DNA of 64,000 nucleotides from Candidatus Campbellbacteria bacterium (GCA_002698305.1 NZWR01000004.1:4347-68346); one strand, 5' to 3'. Shown: positions 47,662-57,484, counted from the first letter of the stretch. Notes: generated by a model not told the origin, from the letters alone. Numbers and translations are program-made.

Positions 47662-48486
47662 TTAGTCATCTTTTTGCATATGAACCACACGCTGAGGAAA
47701 TGGAATATCAATCCCTGCTTCATCCAACCTACGTTTTGCAGCTTCATACAAATCAAAACGAACAGCATAATAGCTCTCTGCGGTTGTCCATGGCTCCATT
47801 CTAATAACAACAGCACTATCTCCAAGCTCAGTAACCCGAACTTGAGGTTTCGGATCACTCATAACCTTATCGTGTTTTTCCATAACCTCTATAAGAATAT
47901 CTCGAGCTACATCGATAGGTGCAGCATATCCAATTCCAATGGATACATCGCTTCGAATTTTTCCTTCTTTGGAATAATTGGTTATTACATCATTAGAAAG
48001 TTTTCCATTTGGAATAATGTGGATTTTATTTTGAACACCAAGAAGACAAGTCTGGAAAATTTGAATATCTTGAACAAAACCAGTCACGCCCTGAGCTTCA
48101 ATAAGATCACCGCTCTTAAATGGTTTGAATAAAAAGATAATAACGCCTCCAGCAAAATTTGAAAGTGATCCCTGTAGTGAAAGACCAATAGCAAGACCAA
48201 CGGCACCCAAAATAGCTGCCATTGATGTTGTTACGATTCCTAGCTGAGACAGTACTGTAACAAACAGCAGAATCCGCAGTGCCCATGCAACCAATCTGAG
48301 AATAAAAGTTTCAACAATTCGATCTAAATGTCGCGCTCGTACTGCTTTTTTTAGCAGTTTAATAATTTGCCTAATCAACCACAACCCCCCAACAATCAAA
48401 ACAATAGCACCTATAACTCGTGGACCGTAATCAAAGAGAAATGCTATTGCTTGGTCATAATATGTCTGTACCGTTTCTTGTTCCAT
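47662..48486 (-). CDS. mscS: Small-conductance mechanosensitive channel (MscS family)
   Basis: 274 aa. Three TM helices followed by FKPFKSGDLIE..G.V..I....T. Confidence 0.85.
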   Translation of the reverse strand: MEQETVQTYYDQAIAFLFDYGPRVIGAIVLIVGGLWLIRQIIKLLKKAVRARHLDRIVETFILRLVAWALRILLFVTVLSQLGIVTTSMAAILGAVGLAIGLSLQGSLSNFAGGVIIFLFKPFKSGDLIEAQGVTGFVQDIQIFQTCLLGVQNKIHIIPNGKLSNDVITNYSKEGKIRSDVSIGIGYAAPIDVARDILIEVMEKHDKVMSDPKPQVRVTELGDSAVVIRMEPWTTAESYYAVRFDLYEAAKRRLDEAGIDIPFPQRVVHMQKDD

Positions 48487-48546
48487 ATATCTCTATCGTA
48501 CCATAGACCCTTCACACGCTATACGATAACCGTTATAGTTATTCAT

Positions 48547-49296
48547 ATGTACATACTTTTTCACGACATTACCGAGTCGGATAAAACAAAAGCAATAGAT
48601 TCGCTTATACATGACTCTGCACCTAAACCATCTTTTTTCTTTTTGGTCATCATGTCAGTTTTGATGGCAAGTTTCGGGCTTTTGATTAACAATGCATCGG
48701 TGATTATTGGATCAATGCTGATTGCTCCGATTCTCTCCCCTATTCTTTCTATAGCTCTTGGGATAACTCTTGGTGATAATAAGCTTATTTCCGCTTCTGG
48801 TTATACCATCTTGAAATCTCTTTTCTATTCGATAAGTCTCTCAGCCCTTACCACCTGGCTTTTATGGAGTGTGATTGGTGCTGGGGAATTACGTGATGTC
48901 CTTAATCCTGAGATTCTTTCAAGAATTGAGCCAAATATTGTATATCTCTTTATTGCTATTGTGGCTGGTCTTGCTACAGCATATGCACGGGTAAAGCCGG
49001 AATTAAACGAAGCACTTCCGGGAACAGCTATTGCTGTTGCCTTGGTTCCGCCTATTGCCACTATTGGAATAGGTATCGCCTTTTGGAACCTTACTATTAT
49101 TTCTGGAGCCTTATCACTGTTTATTCTCAATGCTATTGGTATTATCTTAGCAGCGATGGTTATGTTTTCGCTTATGAATATTTATTCAAAAAAGCGTGCG
49201 GTTGAGTCAGCGTTAAAAAAAGTTGAAAAAGAAAAGAAAGATCTAGAGAAAAAAGTCCAAAAACTTAAGCAAGATGAAGAAAAAAAAGAAGCCTAG
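48547..49296 (+). CDS. DUF389-family integral membrane protein
   Basis: IGSMLIAPILSPILSIALG and a repeated TM core. The start is at ATG 48547, 7 nt after a TATAGT box. The longer track ORF overlaps mscS. Confidence 0.6.
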   Translation: MYILFHDITESDKTKAIDSLIHDSAPKPSFFFLVIMSVLMASFGLLINNASVIIGSMLIAPILSPILSIALGITLGDNKLISASGYTILKSLFYSISLSALTTWLLWSVIGAGELRDVLNPEILSRIEPNIVYLFIAIVAGLATAYARVKPELNEALPGTAIAVALVPPIATIGIGIAFWNLTIISGALSLFILNAIGIILAAMVMFSLMNIYSKKRAVESALKKVEKEKKDLEKKVQKLKQDEEKKEA

Positions 49297-49329
49297 TGCT
49301 TCTTTTTTTTCTTCATCAAACAATATAAT

Positions 49330-49722
49330 TTATGACTCGTAGCTCCCCCTTAAAACCTGCTCCACATGATCAACTATTTTTTTTAATTTTGTTGATGATT
49401 TAACAAAAAATGAAACAGGATTATTTTCAAAAACGGTTTTTGCTACATTCTTTTCAGCCAAACTAAAGTTCGTAAGAATAACCACCTTAGCATCTTTCCC
49501 CCAATCATCTTTACGTAATTCAACAAGAAACTCTTCACCACTCATAACCGGCATCAAAAGATCAAGTAAAATAATATCGGGCTTCACCTTAAGTGCATGT
49601 TCAAGCCCTTCCTTGCCATGATAGGCTTGAATAATTTCCCATTGAGGGCCGTCAAACGCGGCCGCAAGAGCGTTATTTAATGATGCTTCATCTTCAATTA
49701 TTAAAATTGTATTTTTTTTCAT
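49330..49722 (-). CDS. Stand-alone response-regulator receiver domain (CheY-like)
   Basis: 130 aa. ILIIEDE, phospho-acceptor context DIILLDLLMP, ILTN and FVKS are all present. Confidence 0.8.
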   Translation of the reverse strand: MKKNTILIIEDEASLNNALAAAFDGPQWEIIQAYHGKEGLEHALKVKPDIILLDLLMPVMSGEEFLVELRKDDWGKDAKVVILTNFSLAEKNVAKTVFENNPVSFFVKSSTKLKKIVDHVEQVLRGSYES

Positions 49723-49734
49723 AATAGTTGTTGA

Positions 49735-50535
49735 TTAGTGACTACTTACTCGCTTATCTGAATAATGATGATCAAGTATTACATTAAGATGTTTACCTGA
49801 TATCTCGTGATACTTTTGCATAAGCACTGGGATAATATCTACAATAGGTGCAGAAATTTCTAGCACATGCTCTCCATCATCACTCATACGCAGCCCCGGT
49901 ATATTTTTACTAATTCTCTTGATAGCATCGTCACCAACATGATAATGAAGTTCATGAATAATACCGTGAATAATTTCATAGTAGATACGTTCATCTTCAG
50001 AAACATGTGTGTACGTGGTTGGCCCATGTTTTTGTGTGAATATAGATTTTTGTAAGAAAATCACAAGAAGCACTATTACCAATAGAATAAGTAGTGCATT
50101 AATCCAATGAGTAATAGGATATCCAAAAGCCTTCCGCACCACAACAAAACCGCTTTCAGACAATGCTGGGAAAATTTGACCTTGGTAGCGTACATCAACA
50201 GAAATAGAGTAATCACCATAAGGAAAATCATTTGGAATAATAATATCCCGATTAAATGAAGCTGTTGTCTCAACCGCAACCGTTTCGGTCGTTCTAAATA
50301 ATTCAGCTCCATTTTCCTTATACGTAATACTATATACAAGGGTTGCGTCAACCCGCTCATTTGGGGTACCAAAGTTTACCAACTGTATTTCAACGGGCAA
50401 TTCCTCCCCTCTTCCAATTTCTGTAATCCGCAATTCACCAGCCGAGAAGACTTTTGGTTCTGTTTGAGCATACCCATTACCTGCAACAATGAAGGTTAGT
50501 GCACATATAAAAATGTAGAGTAATTTATTTTTCAT
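49735..50535 (-). CDS. Hypothetical secreted/membrane protein
   Basis: The start is taken at MKNKLLYIFICALTFIVAGNGYAQ (signal peptide). It has a beta-rich ectodomain, one TM helix and a His-rich cytoplasmic tail. Confidence 0.45.
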   Translation of the reverse strand: MKNKLLYIFICALTFIVAGNGYAQTEPKVFSAGELRITEIGRGEELPVEIQLVNFGTPNERVDATLVYSITYKENGAELFRTTETVAVETTASFNRDIIIPNDFPYGDYSISVDVRYQGQIFPALSESGFVVVRKAFGYPITHWINALLILLVIVLLVIFLQKSIFTQKHGPTTYTHVSEDERIYYEIIHGIIHELHYHVGDDAIKRISKNIPGLRMSDDGEHVLEISAPIVDIIPVLMQKYHEISGKHLNVILDHHYSDKRVSSH

Positions 50536-51892
50536 AATAAGAAACATATTTATCTTCTTTTTGATGTAAGTATTTGATAAGACGAATAAGACCGAAAATA
50601 AATAGACCAATTCCCCCAACAACAATATATGGGAAGGTATTATTTGACTCATTACTTGTGAGGGTATTTCTCAAGAAAACATCAAATAATGGATTTTTCA
50701 TAGGTCTTAAACTTGCCTGTTCCTCTTGATTATCAATTTTTGTTATTGCTAACGTTTGACTTTGCCTGGTCGAATTTTGATATCTATTTTGAATAAATAT
50801 TCTTGTTATTTGGTTTTCAAGAACATCGGCTGGAAGATTAATTTGAAATCGCCCGTTTCTGTCAGTAGCCACATTCTGATACAAGATGCCCCCAAGATAC
50901 AGAGCAATCTGACTGTTTGGAATACCGTAACCAAAGGCAACAACATCATCAACAACATTTTCATTAATCGTCTCGTAATTCACATATAAAGTAGGAGGGA
51001 TAATAATTGTATCGAGGAAAATATATTCACCATCTCGTACCGTAAACGTTTGATTTACCGAAGGAGACGCTGTGCCAAGCACATCATTTCCAATTAATGT
51101 CAGTGTATGGTCACCGTCAGCAAGATTTGTTGTTATAAAAAAGAATTCACCACTCTCACTACTTCGAACAGAATCATAGAACACTCCATCAATAAGAACT
51201 CTTACAATTCCGTCTGGGTAAGAAAAGCCTCTTACCTGCAAGAATCCCTGAACGTCATCTGGGTTTGCAATAAGGATACCGCAGGTAGCACATGCATCAT
51301 TAGCACCAAAACCTCTTCGGTTTGAACTACTAGAACCTCCTCCCCCGCCATTATTACCTCCTGGATTCACCACAGGAGGCCCCTGGACTTCTGCACCAAT
51401 AAAGATACTTGAGTCTCGGATAATAATTGACCGAGCGACCCCACTATAGGTACCAAACGGGTCTTCGAGATCAATTTCTGTTTGACCAACGTTTGATATA
51501 TTTTGAACCTTGTTAGTACTCGTTCCTATTTCAACAATAAAGGTATCGCCTACACTGTGGGTCGTAAAGAAATTTATCGATACCGTTTGACCAATTACAG
51601 AACTACTGTAATCACCTAAGGGCAACAATGTTCCGTTTTTAGCTACGCTAACATCCGATGATGTAATAGTACTAAGATTATATCCCGCTGGGTAAATAAT
51701 CTCTAAGGTATCACCACTTGTAATTGCATCTGTGGTTGTAAAAGAAATTGTTTGGATAGATTCACCACCAGCTGTTTGGTTAGAAAAATCAACGCGCTCA
51801 TCATCCAGAGTAAAAGCTAAAGCTGTATTAGCAGCGAAGAAAACAGTAATTATTCCTATACTATACAATGCTTTTTTAACAAGGCATTTCAC
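50525..51892 (-). CDS. Hypothetical cell-surface protein with Ig-like/beta-sandwich repeats and a C-terminal TM anchor
   Basis: 455 aa. Signal peptide ..ANTALA, a poly-G/S linker (GGNNGGGGGSSSS), and a C-terminal helix IVVGGIGLFIFGLI. Confidence 0.45.
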   Translation of the reverse strand: MKCLVKKALYSIGIITVFFAANTALAFTLDDERVDFSNQTAGGESIQTISFTTTDAITSGDTLEIIYPAGYNLSTITSSDVSVAKNGTLLPLGDYSSSVIGQTVSINFFTTHSVGDTFIVEIGTSTNKVQNISNVGQTEIDLEDPFGTYSGVARSIIIRDSSIFIGAEVQGPPVVNPGGNNGGGGGSSSSNRRGFGANDACATCGILIANPDDVQGFLQVRGFSYPDGIVRVLIDGVFYDSVRSSESGEFFFITTNLADGDHTLTLIGNDVLGTASPSVNQTFTVRDGEYIFLDTIIIPPTLYVNYETINENVVDDVVAFGYGIPNSQIALYLGGILYQNVATDRNGRFQINLPADVLENQITRIFIQNRYQNSTRQSQTLAITKIDNQEEQASLRPMKNPLFDVFLRNTLTSNESNNTFPYIVVGGIGLFIFGLIRLIKYLHQKEDKYVSYYEK

Positions 51893-52090
51893 ACTTTTAG
51901 TATACCATGTGAAATGAGTGTGGTTACTTAATTACAAGAGGTTTACTGCTTACTACACCTCAAGAGTACTTGTAAAACATAATCGCTACTACTCTTTGTT
52001 TTTGAGCCCGCTTCCAGTATAAACTTGATGGAGTAGCCAAGGTCTCAAAAATATAAAAACCGAAACGCCTTGCGTTTCGGTTTGCAGTTG

Positions 52091-52177
52091 CGGAGAGTAA
52101 GGGATTCGAACCCTTGAAACCTTTGACAGTTTACTTCGTTAGCAGTGAAGCGCTTTCGACCACTCAGCCAACTCTCC
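52091..52177 (-). tRNA. tRNA-Ser (anticodon GCT)
   Basis: Acceptor GGAGAGT/ACTCTCC, loop CTGCTAA, long variable arm, T-arm AAGGG-TTCGAAT-CCCTT, discriminator G. Confidence 0.88.
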
Positions 52178-52194
52178 GTGTTTTTTAAATATAA

Positions 52195-52316
52195 TGAAGA
52201 GTGGTCGAACCAGTTCGCCTGTTTTGATCTGATCATGTACATTCACAACGATCAATCACTTCGCGACCACCTGAAACGATACGCAGGTATCCTTTCAGCC
52301 ACTCAGCCAACTCTCC
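52195..52316 (-). other. Aberrant 122-nt tRNA-Ser-like element (not a foldable canonical tRNA)
   Basis: The first 18 nt are identical to tRNA-Ser, and 23 of the first 27 match. The 3' end ACTCTTC-A pairs with the 5' GGAGAGT. Internally it has a 12-bp hairpin and a GGTCG/CGACC helix instead of anticodon and T arms. Confidence 0.4.
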
Positions 52317-52382
52317 ATTACCAGTCATCCTACCATGCTCACTTGGCATTTCAACTGTTTAAAGTTTGCTATACTAAGCTAT

Positions 52383-52541
52383 ATGCCAGCAGATTCAGAA
52401 CAACAGCGCCGTGCAGCCGGTGCAGCATTATCAGCAAAACGTGATGACACCCGCGTATCAGACCTCAAAGGAGCCTCAAAAGAAATGTATGACTCAATGA
52501 CAGAAGAAGAATTGTCAGACATGGCTAGTAAAGATGAGTAA
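52383..52541 (+). CDS. DUF3008-family small protein
   Basis: MPADSEQQRRAAGAALSAKRDDTRVSDLKGASKEMYDSMTEEELSDMA. ATG 52383 lies 7 nt after a TATACT box. Confidence 0.6.
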   Translation: MPADSEQQRRAAGAALSAKRDDTRVSDLKGASKEMYDSMTEEELSDMASKDE

Positions 52542-52598
52542 TCATCTTTTTTATTTTAAAAATAAGAATAGAAAGTAAAAATAGTTTATACTGAGTAA

Positions 52599-52949
52599 AT
52601 GGCATATCAAAATAAAATTCTCATTATTGAACATGATGATTTTTTGCGAGAACTCATCGGAAACCTTCTACATAAAAAAGGTGGGTATATTTTAAATGGT
52701 CACACAATCAAACGCGGGATTCAAAATAGTCATAATCATGAAATTTCTACGATAATTCTTGGTAATAGCTGTCCATCATTTAAAGGAAAGCAGACGCTGC
52801 ATTATCTTAAAAAGGAATTAAACGCTCCCACGCTCGATATTTTTCTCCTTAATCATCACCCAAAGAGTGCTGATTATATTCCTGAAGACCATCAATTCAT
52901 GACTAATGAATTGTCAGTAAAAGAAATTCTAGATAGAATACCTGTCTAG
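52599..52949 (+). CDS. Receiver-like domain lacking the phospho-acceptor Asp (pseudo-receiver)
   Basis: 116 aa. KILIIEHDD is conserved, but the beta3 position reads TIILGNSCP instead of ..D..MP. Confidence 0.5.
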   Translation: MAYQNKILIIEHDDFLRELIGNLLHKKGGYILNGHTIKRGIQNSHNHEISTIILGNSCPSFKGKQTLHYLKKELNAPTLDIFLLNHHPKSADYIPEDHQFMTNELSVKEILDRIPV

Positions 52950-52976
52950 TTTTTTTATTTGGTATACTTCACGTAC

Positions 52977-55172
52977 GTGAAAAATCTCAATCTACAATCA
53001 GATATTGTTGGAAATTTCAGAACGACTGATACCCAAAAAAAGGCATTACAACGTCTTGGTATTAAAACGGTGCGTGATCTTTTGTACTACTTCCCTACCC
53101 GTTACAGCCATATGAGTGAAGTCACTACGATTGAAATGGCGACACCAGGAGAACTGGTTACTGTATACGGGATTATCAGTAATCCAAAAACTGGAAAAAC
53201 CTACACAACCAAGGTTCCAACTGCTAGCGCGACCTTAACTGACATCAACGGTGATACGATAAAAATTACATGGTTTAACCAAGCCTTCATTGCAAAAAAA
53301 ATACAAAACGGGGAGTCTGTAAAACTAACTGGAAAAATAACAGAATCCAAAGGCATGCGGACAATGGTTAACCCTGAATTTGAACAGGTGCCTAATATGC
53401 CGATTGATATTCATGACTCACTCTTCAAAAATCATGACACAGAAGTAGTAGCTTTTGGATATCCTATCTACCGCGAGTCGCGAGGCATCAGCAGCAAATG
53501 GATGTATCACACGATTATAAAAATAATGTCATCTGGGATGTTAGAACATCTTGAAGATCCACTGCCTGAATATTTGCTAAAAAAATACAGTCTCCCCTCT
53601 CTTCAAACAGCACTTGTTTGGATTCACGCACCAAAAAAACAACGCGATGCTGACGCAGCAAAAAAACGATTTGCTTTTGAAGAAATATTTTTTATTCAAT
53701 TACGTAACCAGCAAAGACGGGCGCGGCACAGAAAGGTTCATGCATATGATTTGGCAGTAGATGAAAATAAGACGCAGCGGTTCATGGATTCTTTTCCATT
53801 CACACCAACCGACGCGCAGGCATCAGCGATTGAATCAATTATTGCTGATATGACCAGTGATATACCTATGACACGGCTCCTTGAAGGGGATGTAGGTTCT
53901 GGTAAAACCTTTGTTGCAGCAGTCGCCGCTCACGCTGCTATTCAAAATAGACCAAAGAAAAAAACCGGTGGGAGCTATGATTTTGGGCGTATGCAGGTTG
54001 CTTATATGGCCCCGACGGAAGTATTAGCGACACAATTATTTGAAAATTTTGTTGAATATTTTGAAAATACCGGGATTCAAATTGGGCTTATGACCGGTGG
54101 TGGCTGCAGGAAATATCCATCAAAAGTTCCAGGTGAATCATGGACCACCATTTCAAAAAACCAATTACTTAAATGGGTGAAAAATGGTGAGGTGCCGATT
54201 GTTATCGGAACGCATGCTCTTATTCAAAAGAAAGTAGAATTCCAAGATTTAGCCCTGGTTATTATTGACGAACAACATAGGTTTGGGACCAAACAACGTA
54301 TGAAATTATCGAGTAAAGACAACCGACTCCCTCACTACTTATCAATGACAGCAACGCCCATTCCACGTACCCTTGCTCTAACTATCTACGGTGATCTTGA
54401 TTTATCAATCGTTGATCAAATGCCGTCAGGACGTAAACAGGTTATTACAGAAATCGTCCCACCCAAACCCGAGGCGCGTGATAAAGTCTACGTAGATATG
54501 CGGGAACGACTTGCGGAAGGACGCCAATGTTATGTTATTTGTCCGCGTATTGCAGAACCTGATCCAGAGAAAGAAAATGCTCTCCAATTAAAATCAGTTA
54601 CAGCTGAAGCCAAGCGGCTACAAACGACTGAGTTTAAAGACTACCGCGTAGATATCATGCACAGCAAAATGAAGAAAGCAGAGAAAGAAGCCGTCATGAA
54701 TCGATTCTACGCTCATGAAATTGATGTGCTTGTTTCTACCTCTGTAGTCGAGGTTGGAGTGAACGTTCCTAATGCAACCAGCATTATTATTGAAGGAGCC
54801 GAGCGATTCGGGCTTGCCCAACTTCATCAATTGCGTGGGCGTGTTATTAGATCAAACCATCAAGCTTATTGTTATCTCTTTGCTGATGCTAAATCAGAAA
54901 AAACAATTGATCGATTAAACGCGATCGTGGAAGCAAAAAATGGATTTGAACTTGCAGAAATTGACCTCTCTCTGCGTGGGGCTGGAGACCTTGCAGGACA
55001 AAAACAATGGGGCATGTCAGACCTTGCCATGGAAGCCATTAAAAATATCAAAATGGTTGAATATGCCAGAGACGAAGCAAAAAATATTATTGAACATGAT
55101 GAAGCGCTAGAAAGCTATCCCGAGTTGAAACAAATCATTGATCAAGACATCTACCACATTCATTTTGAATAA
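52977..55172 (+). CDS. recG: ATP-dependent DNA helicase RecG
   Basis: Wedge domain plus helicase motifs GDVGSGKT, DEQHRFG and QLRGRV. The track ORF starts at TTG 52959. A TATACT box at 52963-52968 favours GTG 52977. Confidence 0.92.
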   Translation: MKNLNLQSDIVGNFRTTDTQKKALQRLGIKTVRDLLYYFPTRYSHMSEVTTIEMATPGELVTVYGIISNPKTGKTYTTKVPTASATLTDINGDTIKITWFNQAFIAKKIQNGESVKLTGKITESKGMRTMVNPEFEQVPNMPIDIHDSLFKNHDTEVVAFGYPIYRESRGISSKWMYHTIIKIMSSGMLEHLEDPLPEYLLKKYSLPSLQTALVWIHAPKKQRDADAAKKRFAFEEIFFIQLRNQQRRARHRKVHAYDLAVDENKTQRFMDSFPFTPTDAQASAIESIIADMTSDIPMTRLLEGDVGSGKTFVAAVAAHAAIQNRPKKKTGGSYDFGRMQVAYMAPTEVLATQLFENFVEYFENTGIQIGLMTGGGCRKYPSKVPGESWTTISKNQLLKWVKNGEVPIVIGTHALIQKKVEFQDLALVIIDEQHRFGTKQRMKLSSKDNRLPHYLSMTATPIPRTLALTIYGDLDLSIVDQMPSGRKQVITEIVPPKPEARDKVYVDMRERLAEGRQCYVICPRIAEPDPEKENALQLKSVTAEAKRLQTTEFKDYRVDIMHSKMKKAEKEAVMNRFYAHEIDVLVSTSVVEVGVNVPNATSIIIEGAERFGLAQLHQLRGRVIRSNHQAYCYLFADAKSEKTIDRLNAIVEAKNGFELAEIDLSLRGAGDLAGQKQWGMSDLAMEAIKNIKMVEYARDEAKNIIEHDEALESYPELKQIIDQDIYHIHFE

Positions 55173-55178
55173 AAGACC

Positions 55179-55730
55179 TTACACAAGGTCTTTTAGTTTG
55201 TGAAGTTTCTCTTTAAAAACATGTATCATTGTTTTATTGTCAAAATACCTTTCAAAGTTGACTAGAGAATTTTCAAAATATTGCGTATAGCCTTTTCTGT
55301 CAAAAGTTTTCCATACGTCAGCTGTATTTGAATCATTAATGAGACTCATCATGTTATGAATCCTATCTGCGCACATAACGGTTAATGATTTTTGAGACGC
55401 GTGCTCCATCTTACCTAGATATAATTCTTTTCTGCGTTTTTTGTCTGTTATTGATTTATCTTCACTGCATTCAAGTACTATTTTGATCACCTCAGCACCA
55501 AACGTTTCTTCGATAACGTCTGCAGAATACTCAGGTTTATATACATCTTCAACTACATCATGAAACAAAGCTGCTATAAGAGTAGCCTCGTCCTGTGCAA
55601 ACTCAGAACAGATTAATGCTACAGAAAAAGGGTGTGAGATATATGGAGTTCCCGTGTTCTTCCGCAGCTGACTATCATGAGCACGAGCAGCAAAATTTAC
55701 TGCCTCATACATTTTTGGTGTAAAAATCAT
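55179..55730 (-). CDS. HD-domain (p)ppGpp hydrolase-like protein (small alarmone hydrolase type)
   Basis: 183 aa, AHDSQLRKNTGTPYISHPFSVA..ALFHDVVEDV. Confidence 0.7.
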   Translation of the reverse strand: MIFTPKMYEAVNFAARAHDSQLRKNTGTPYISHPFSVALICSEFAQDEATLIAALFHDVVEDVYKPEYSADVIEETFGAEVIKIVLECSEDKSITDKKRRKELYLGKMEHASQKSLTVMCADRIHNMMSLINDSNTADVWKTFDRKGYTQYFENSLVNFERYFDNKTMIHVFKEKLHKLKDLV

Positions 55731-55889
55731 GCCAGCAGTATAACAAAACTGATGTGATTAAGAAATTTACTAGATTTTTATAACATAACTGAGCAGATAA
55801 ATAAAATAATTAAAAAACCTTTGTTTTTGATTACAAAGGTTTTTAAAAAATAAACTGCATCAATTGATAATTATGTGCTCGTTGAGGAT

Positions 55890-56942
55890 TTAAGGTGTAG
55901 TAACTGATTCTAAAGAATCTTCCACAATTAAATCAGATTCATCGGCTTCGCGCTTTGCTTCTTCTCGAGTATCGACAATTTCATCTGTTTCATCGACAAT
56001 TTCACCTACCAATTGCTCAAGCACGTCTTCAAGTGTTACCAAACCACTCGTTCCCTCAAATTCATCTTTCACAATGGCGATATGTTCACGTCTTTTGAGA
56101 AATAGCTGCAACAAATCATCCACGCGCATATTTTCACCAACATAGAGTACGTCATGCATAAAAGATTTAATGGTTCGATTATCTTCATCTTTTGCTAAAG
56201 CAATCAATAAATCTCGGCGATAACACAACCCTAAAATATCATCATAATCTTCTCCATACACAGGAAGCCGTGAATTTGTTAATTCAAAAATCTCGTCACG
56301 AGCATCGGTAAGCGTTGCGTCTACCTGGAATCCAACCATCATCCTACGAGGGGTCATAATGTCACGTGCCGTTATATCATTCAACGTGAAAACTCTTTGA
56401 ATAAGATCACGCTCATCTTCTTCGATACTTCCCTCAAGGTGCCCAAGTTCAGATAACATATGTAACTCCTCTTCTGATACTACTTTTCTAATAACACTGA
56501 ATCGTTTGGTTAATTGTTCAAGTAGCCATACCAAGGGTGAAAATATTTTAATAGCTACAGTAAGAGGTCTCGACACAAGGAGCCCTATTTTTTCCGAATT
56601 ATTTTCACCAATTGTTTTTGGCAAAATTTCACCAAAAATAATAATGAAGAAAGTAAGCAGTGCAGAAACAATACCAATCATTGCATCACCTAAGATATTG
56701 GTTGCAACTACCCCAACAAAAATAGAACCAACAATATTTACAATATTATTAGCAATAACAATTACAATAATAGCTTTTTGTGGATTTTCTTTTATGTCAG
56801 CGAGTGCTGCTGCTCCTGTTTTATTTTGCTCTTTTAAAAGAAGAACTCGTGAATGCGGTACCGAGAAAAGTGCCGCCTCAATTCCTGAAAATAGTCCTGA
56901 ACCGATAACAACTGCCAGTGCAAGTAAAATAAGTGTAGTCAT
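55890..56942 (-). CDS. CNNM/hemolysin-family transporter (DUF21 + CBS pair)
   Basis: 350 aa. N-terminal 4-TM DUF21 domain followed by two CBS repeats. No CorC_HlyC tail. Confidence 0.75.
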   Translation of the reverse strand: MTTLILLALAVVIGSGLFSGIEAALFSVPHSRVLLLKEQNKTGAAALADIKENPQKAIIVIVIANNIVNIVGSIFVGVVATNILGDAMIGIVSALLTFFIIIFGEILPKTIGENNSEKIGLLVSRPLTVAIKIFSPLVWLLEQLTKRFSVIRKVVSEEELHMLSELGHLEGSIEEDERDLIQRVFTLNDITARDIMTPRRMMVGFQVDATLTDARDEIFELTNSRLPVYGEDYDDILGLCYRRDLLIALAKDEDNRTIKSFMHDVLYVGENMRVDDLLQLFLKRREHIAIVKDEFEGTSGLVTLEDVLEQLVGEIVDETDEIVDTREEAKREADESDLIVEDSLESVTTP

Positions 56943-57018
56943 GATTATAGTTTAAAGTATACATAGAATTTTATTTTTGGTAACAAAAAACCCACTTTAG
57001 CGGGTTTTTTATGTGGGA

Positions 57019-57219
57019 CTAAACTTTTGAAACGTTTACTGCTGAAAGTCCTTTTGGTCCTTCTTCAGTTTCGAATTCAACTTTGTCTCCATCTCGTAGA
57101 TCGTCAAAGTGAGCGTTTTGAACTTCGTTCATGTGGAAGAAAAGATCTTTTTCTTGTCCTTCTACAGCGATAAATCCATACCCTTTGTCCATCAAACGTG
57201 CGACTGTTCCTTGTTGCAT
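57019..57219 (-). CDS. cspA: Cold-shock protein (CspA family)
   Basis: 66 aa. RNP1 KGYGFI and RNP2 LFFHM. Confidence 0.9.
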   Translation of the reverse strand: MQQGTVARLMDKGYGFIAVEGQEKDLFFHMNEVQNAHFDDLRDGDKVEFETEEGPKGLSAVNVSKV

Positions 57220-57410
57220 TGTATTTTAGAAATTATTTCGAATAAACTTCAAACACCAGGTAAAACGAAATACTTCTTTCTACAAACTATTTGATACCTT
57301 GTATACTACGTCAAGGCTGTTCTAAGTCAAGGAACATCTGGGTAAAAACAGCACATTGAAAAAATCTTTAAGTCCGCTATTCTATATACGAGCACAACCA
57401 TGTGCCATCA

Positions 57411-57484
57411 TGCGCCTATAGCTCAATTGGCTAGAGCGCCGAGCTTATTCCTCGGATGTTGGGGGTTCGAGTCCCTCTGGGCGT
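57411..57484 (+). tRNA. tRNA with anticodon TAT (nominally Ile) and a non-canonical anticodon loop
   Basis: Acceptor GCGCCTA/TGGGCGT (G1:U72 wobble), perfect stem CCGAG/CTCGG, loop CTTATTC (U37, C38), T-arm GGGGG-TTCGAGT-CCCTC. Confidence 0.6.

Noticed and set aside
52195-52316. Reading the tRNA-Ser-like element as tRNA-Sec, or as an intron-containing tRNA-Ser.
   Set aside because: There is no UCA (or any Ser) anticodon in a 7-nt loop, no 8/5 or 6-bp D-stem Sec geometry, and removing any single segment does not restore a cloverleaf. It is kept only as an aberrant tRNA-like element.
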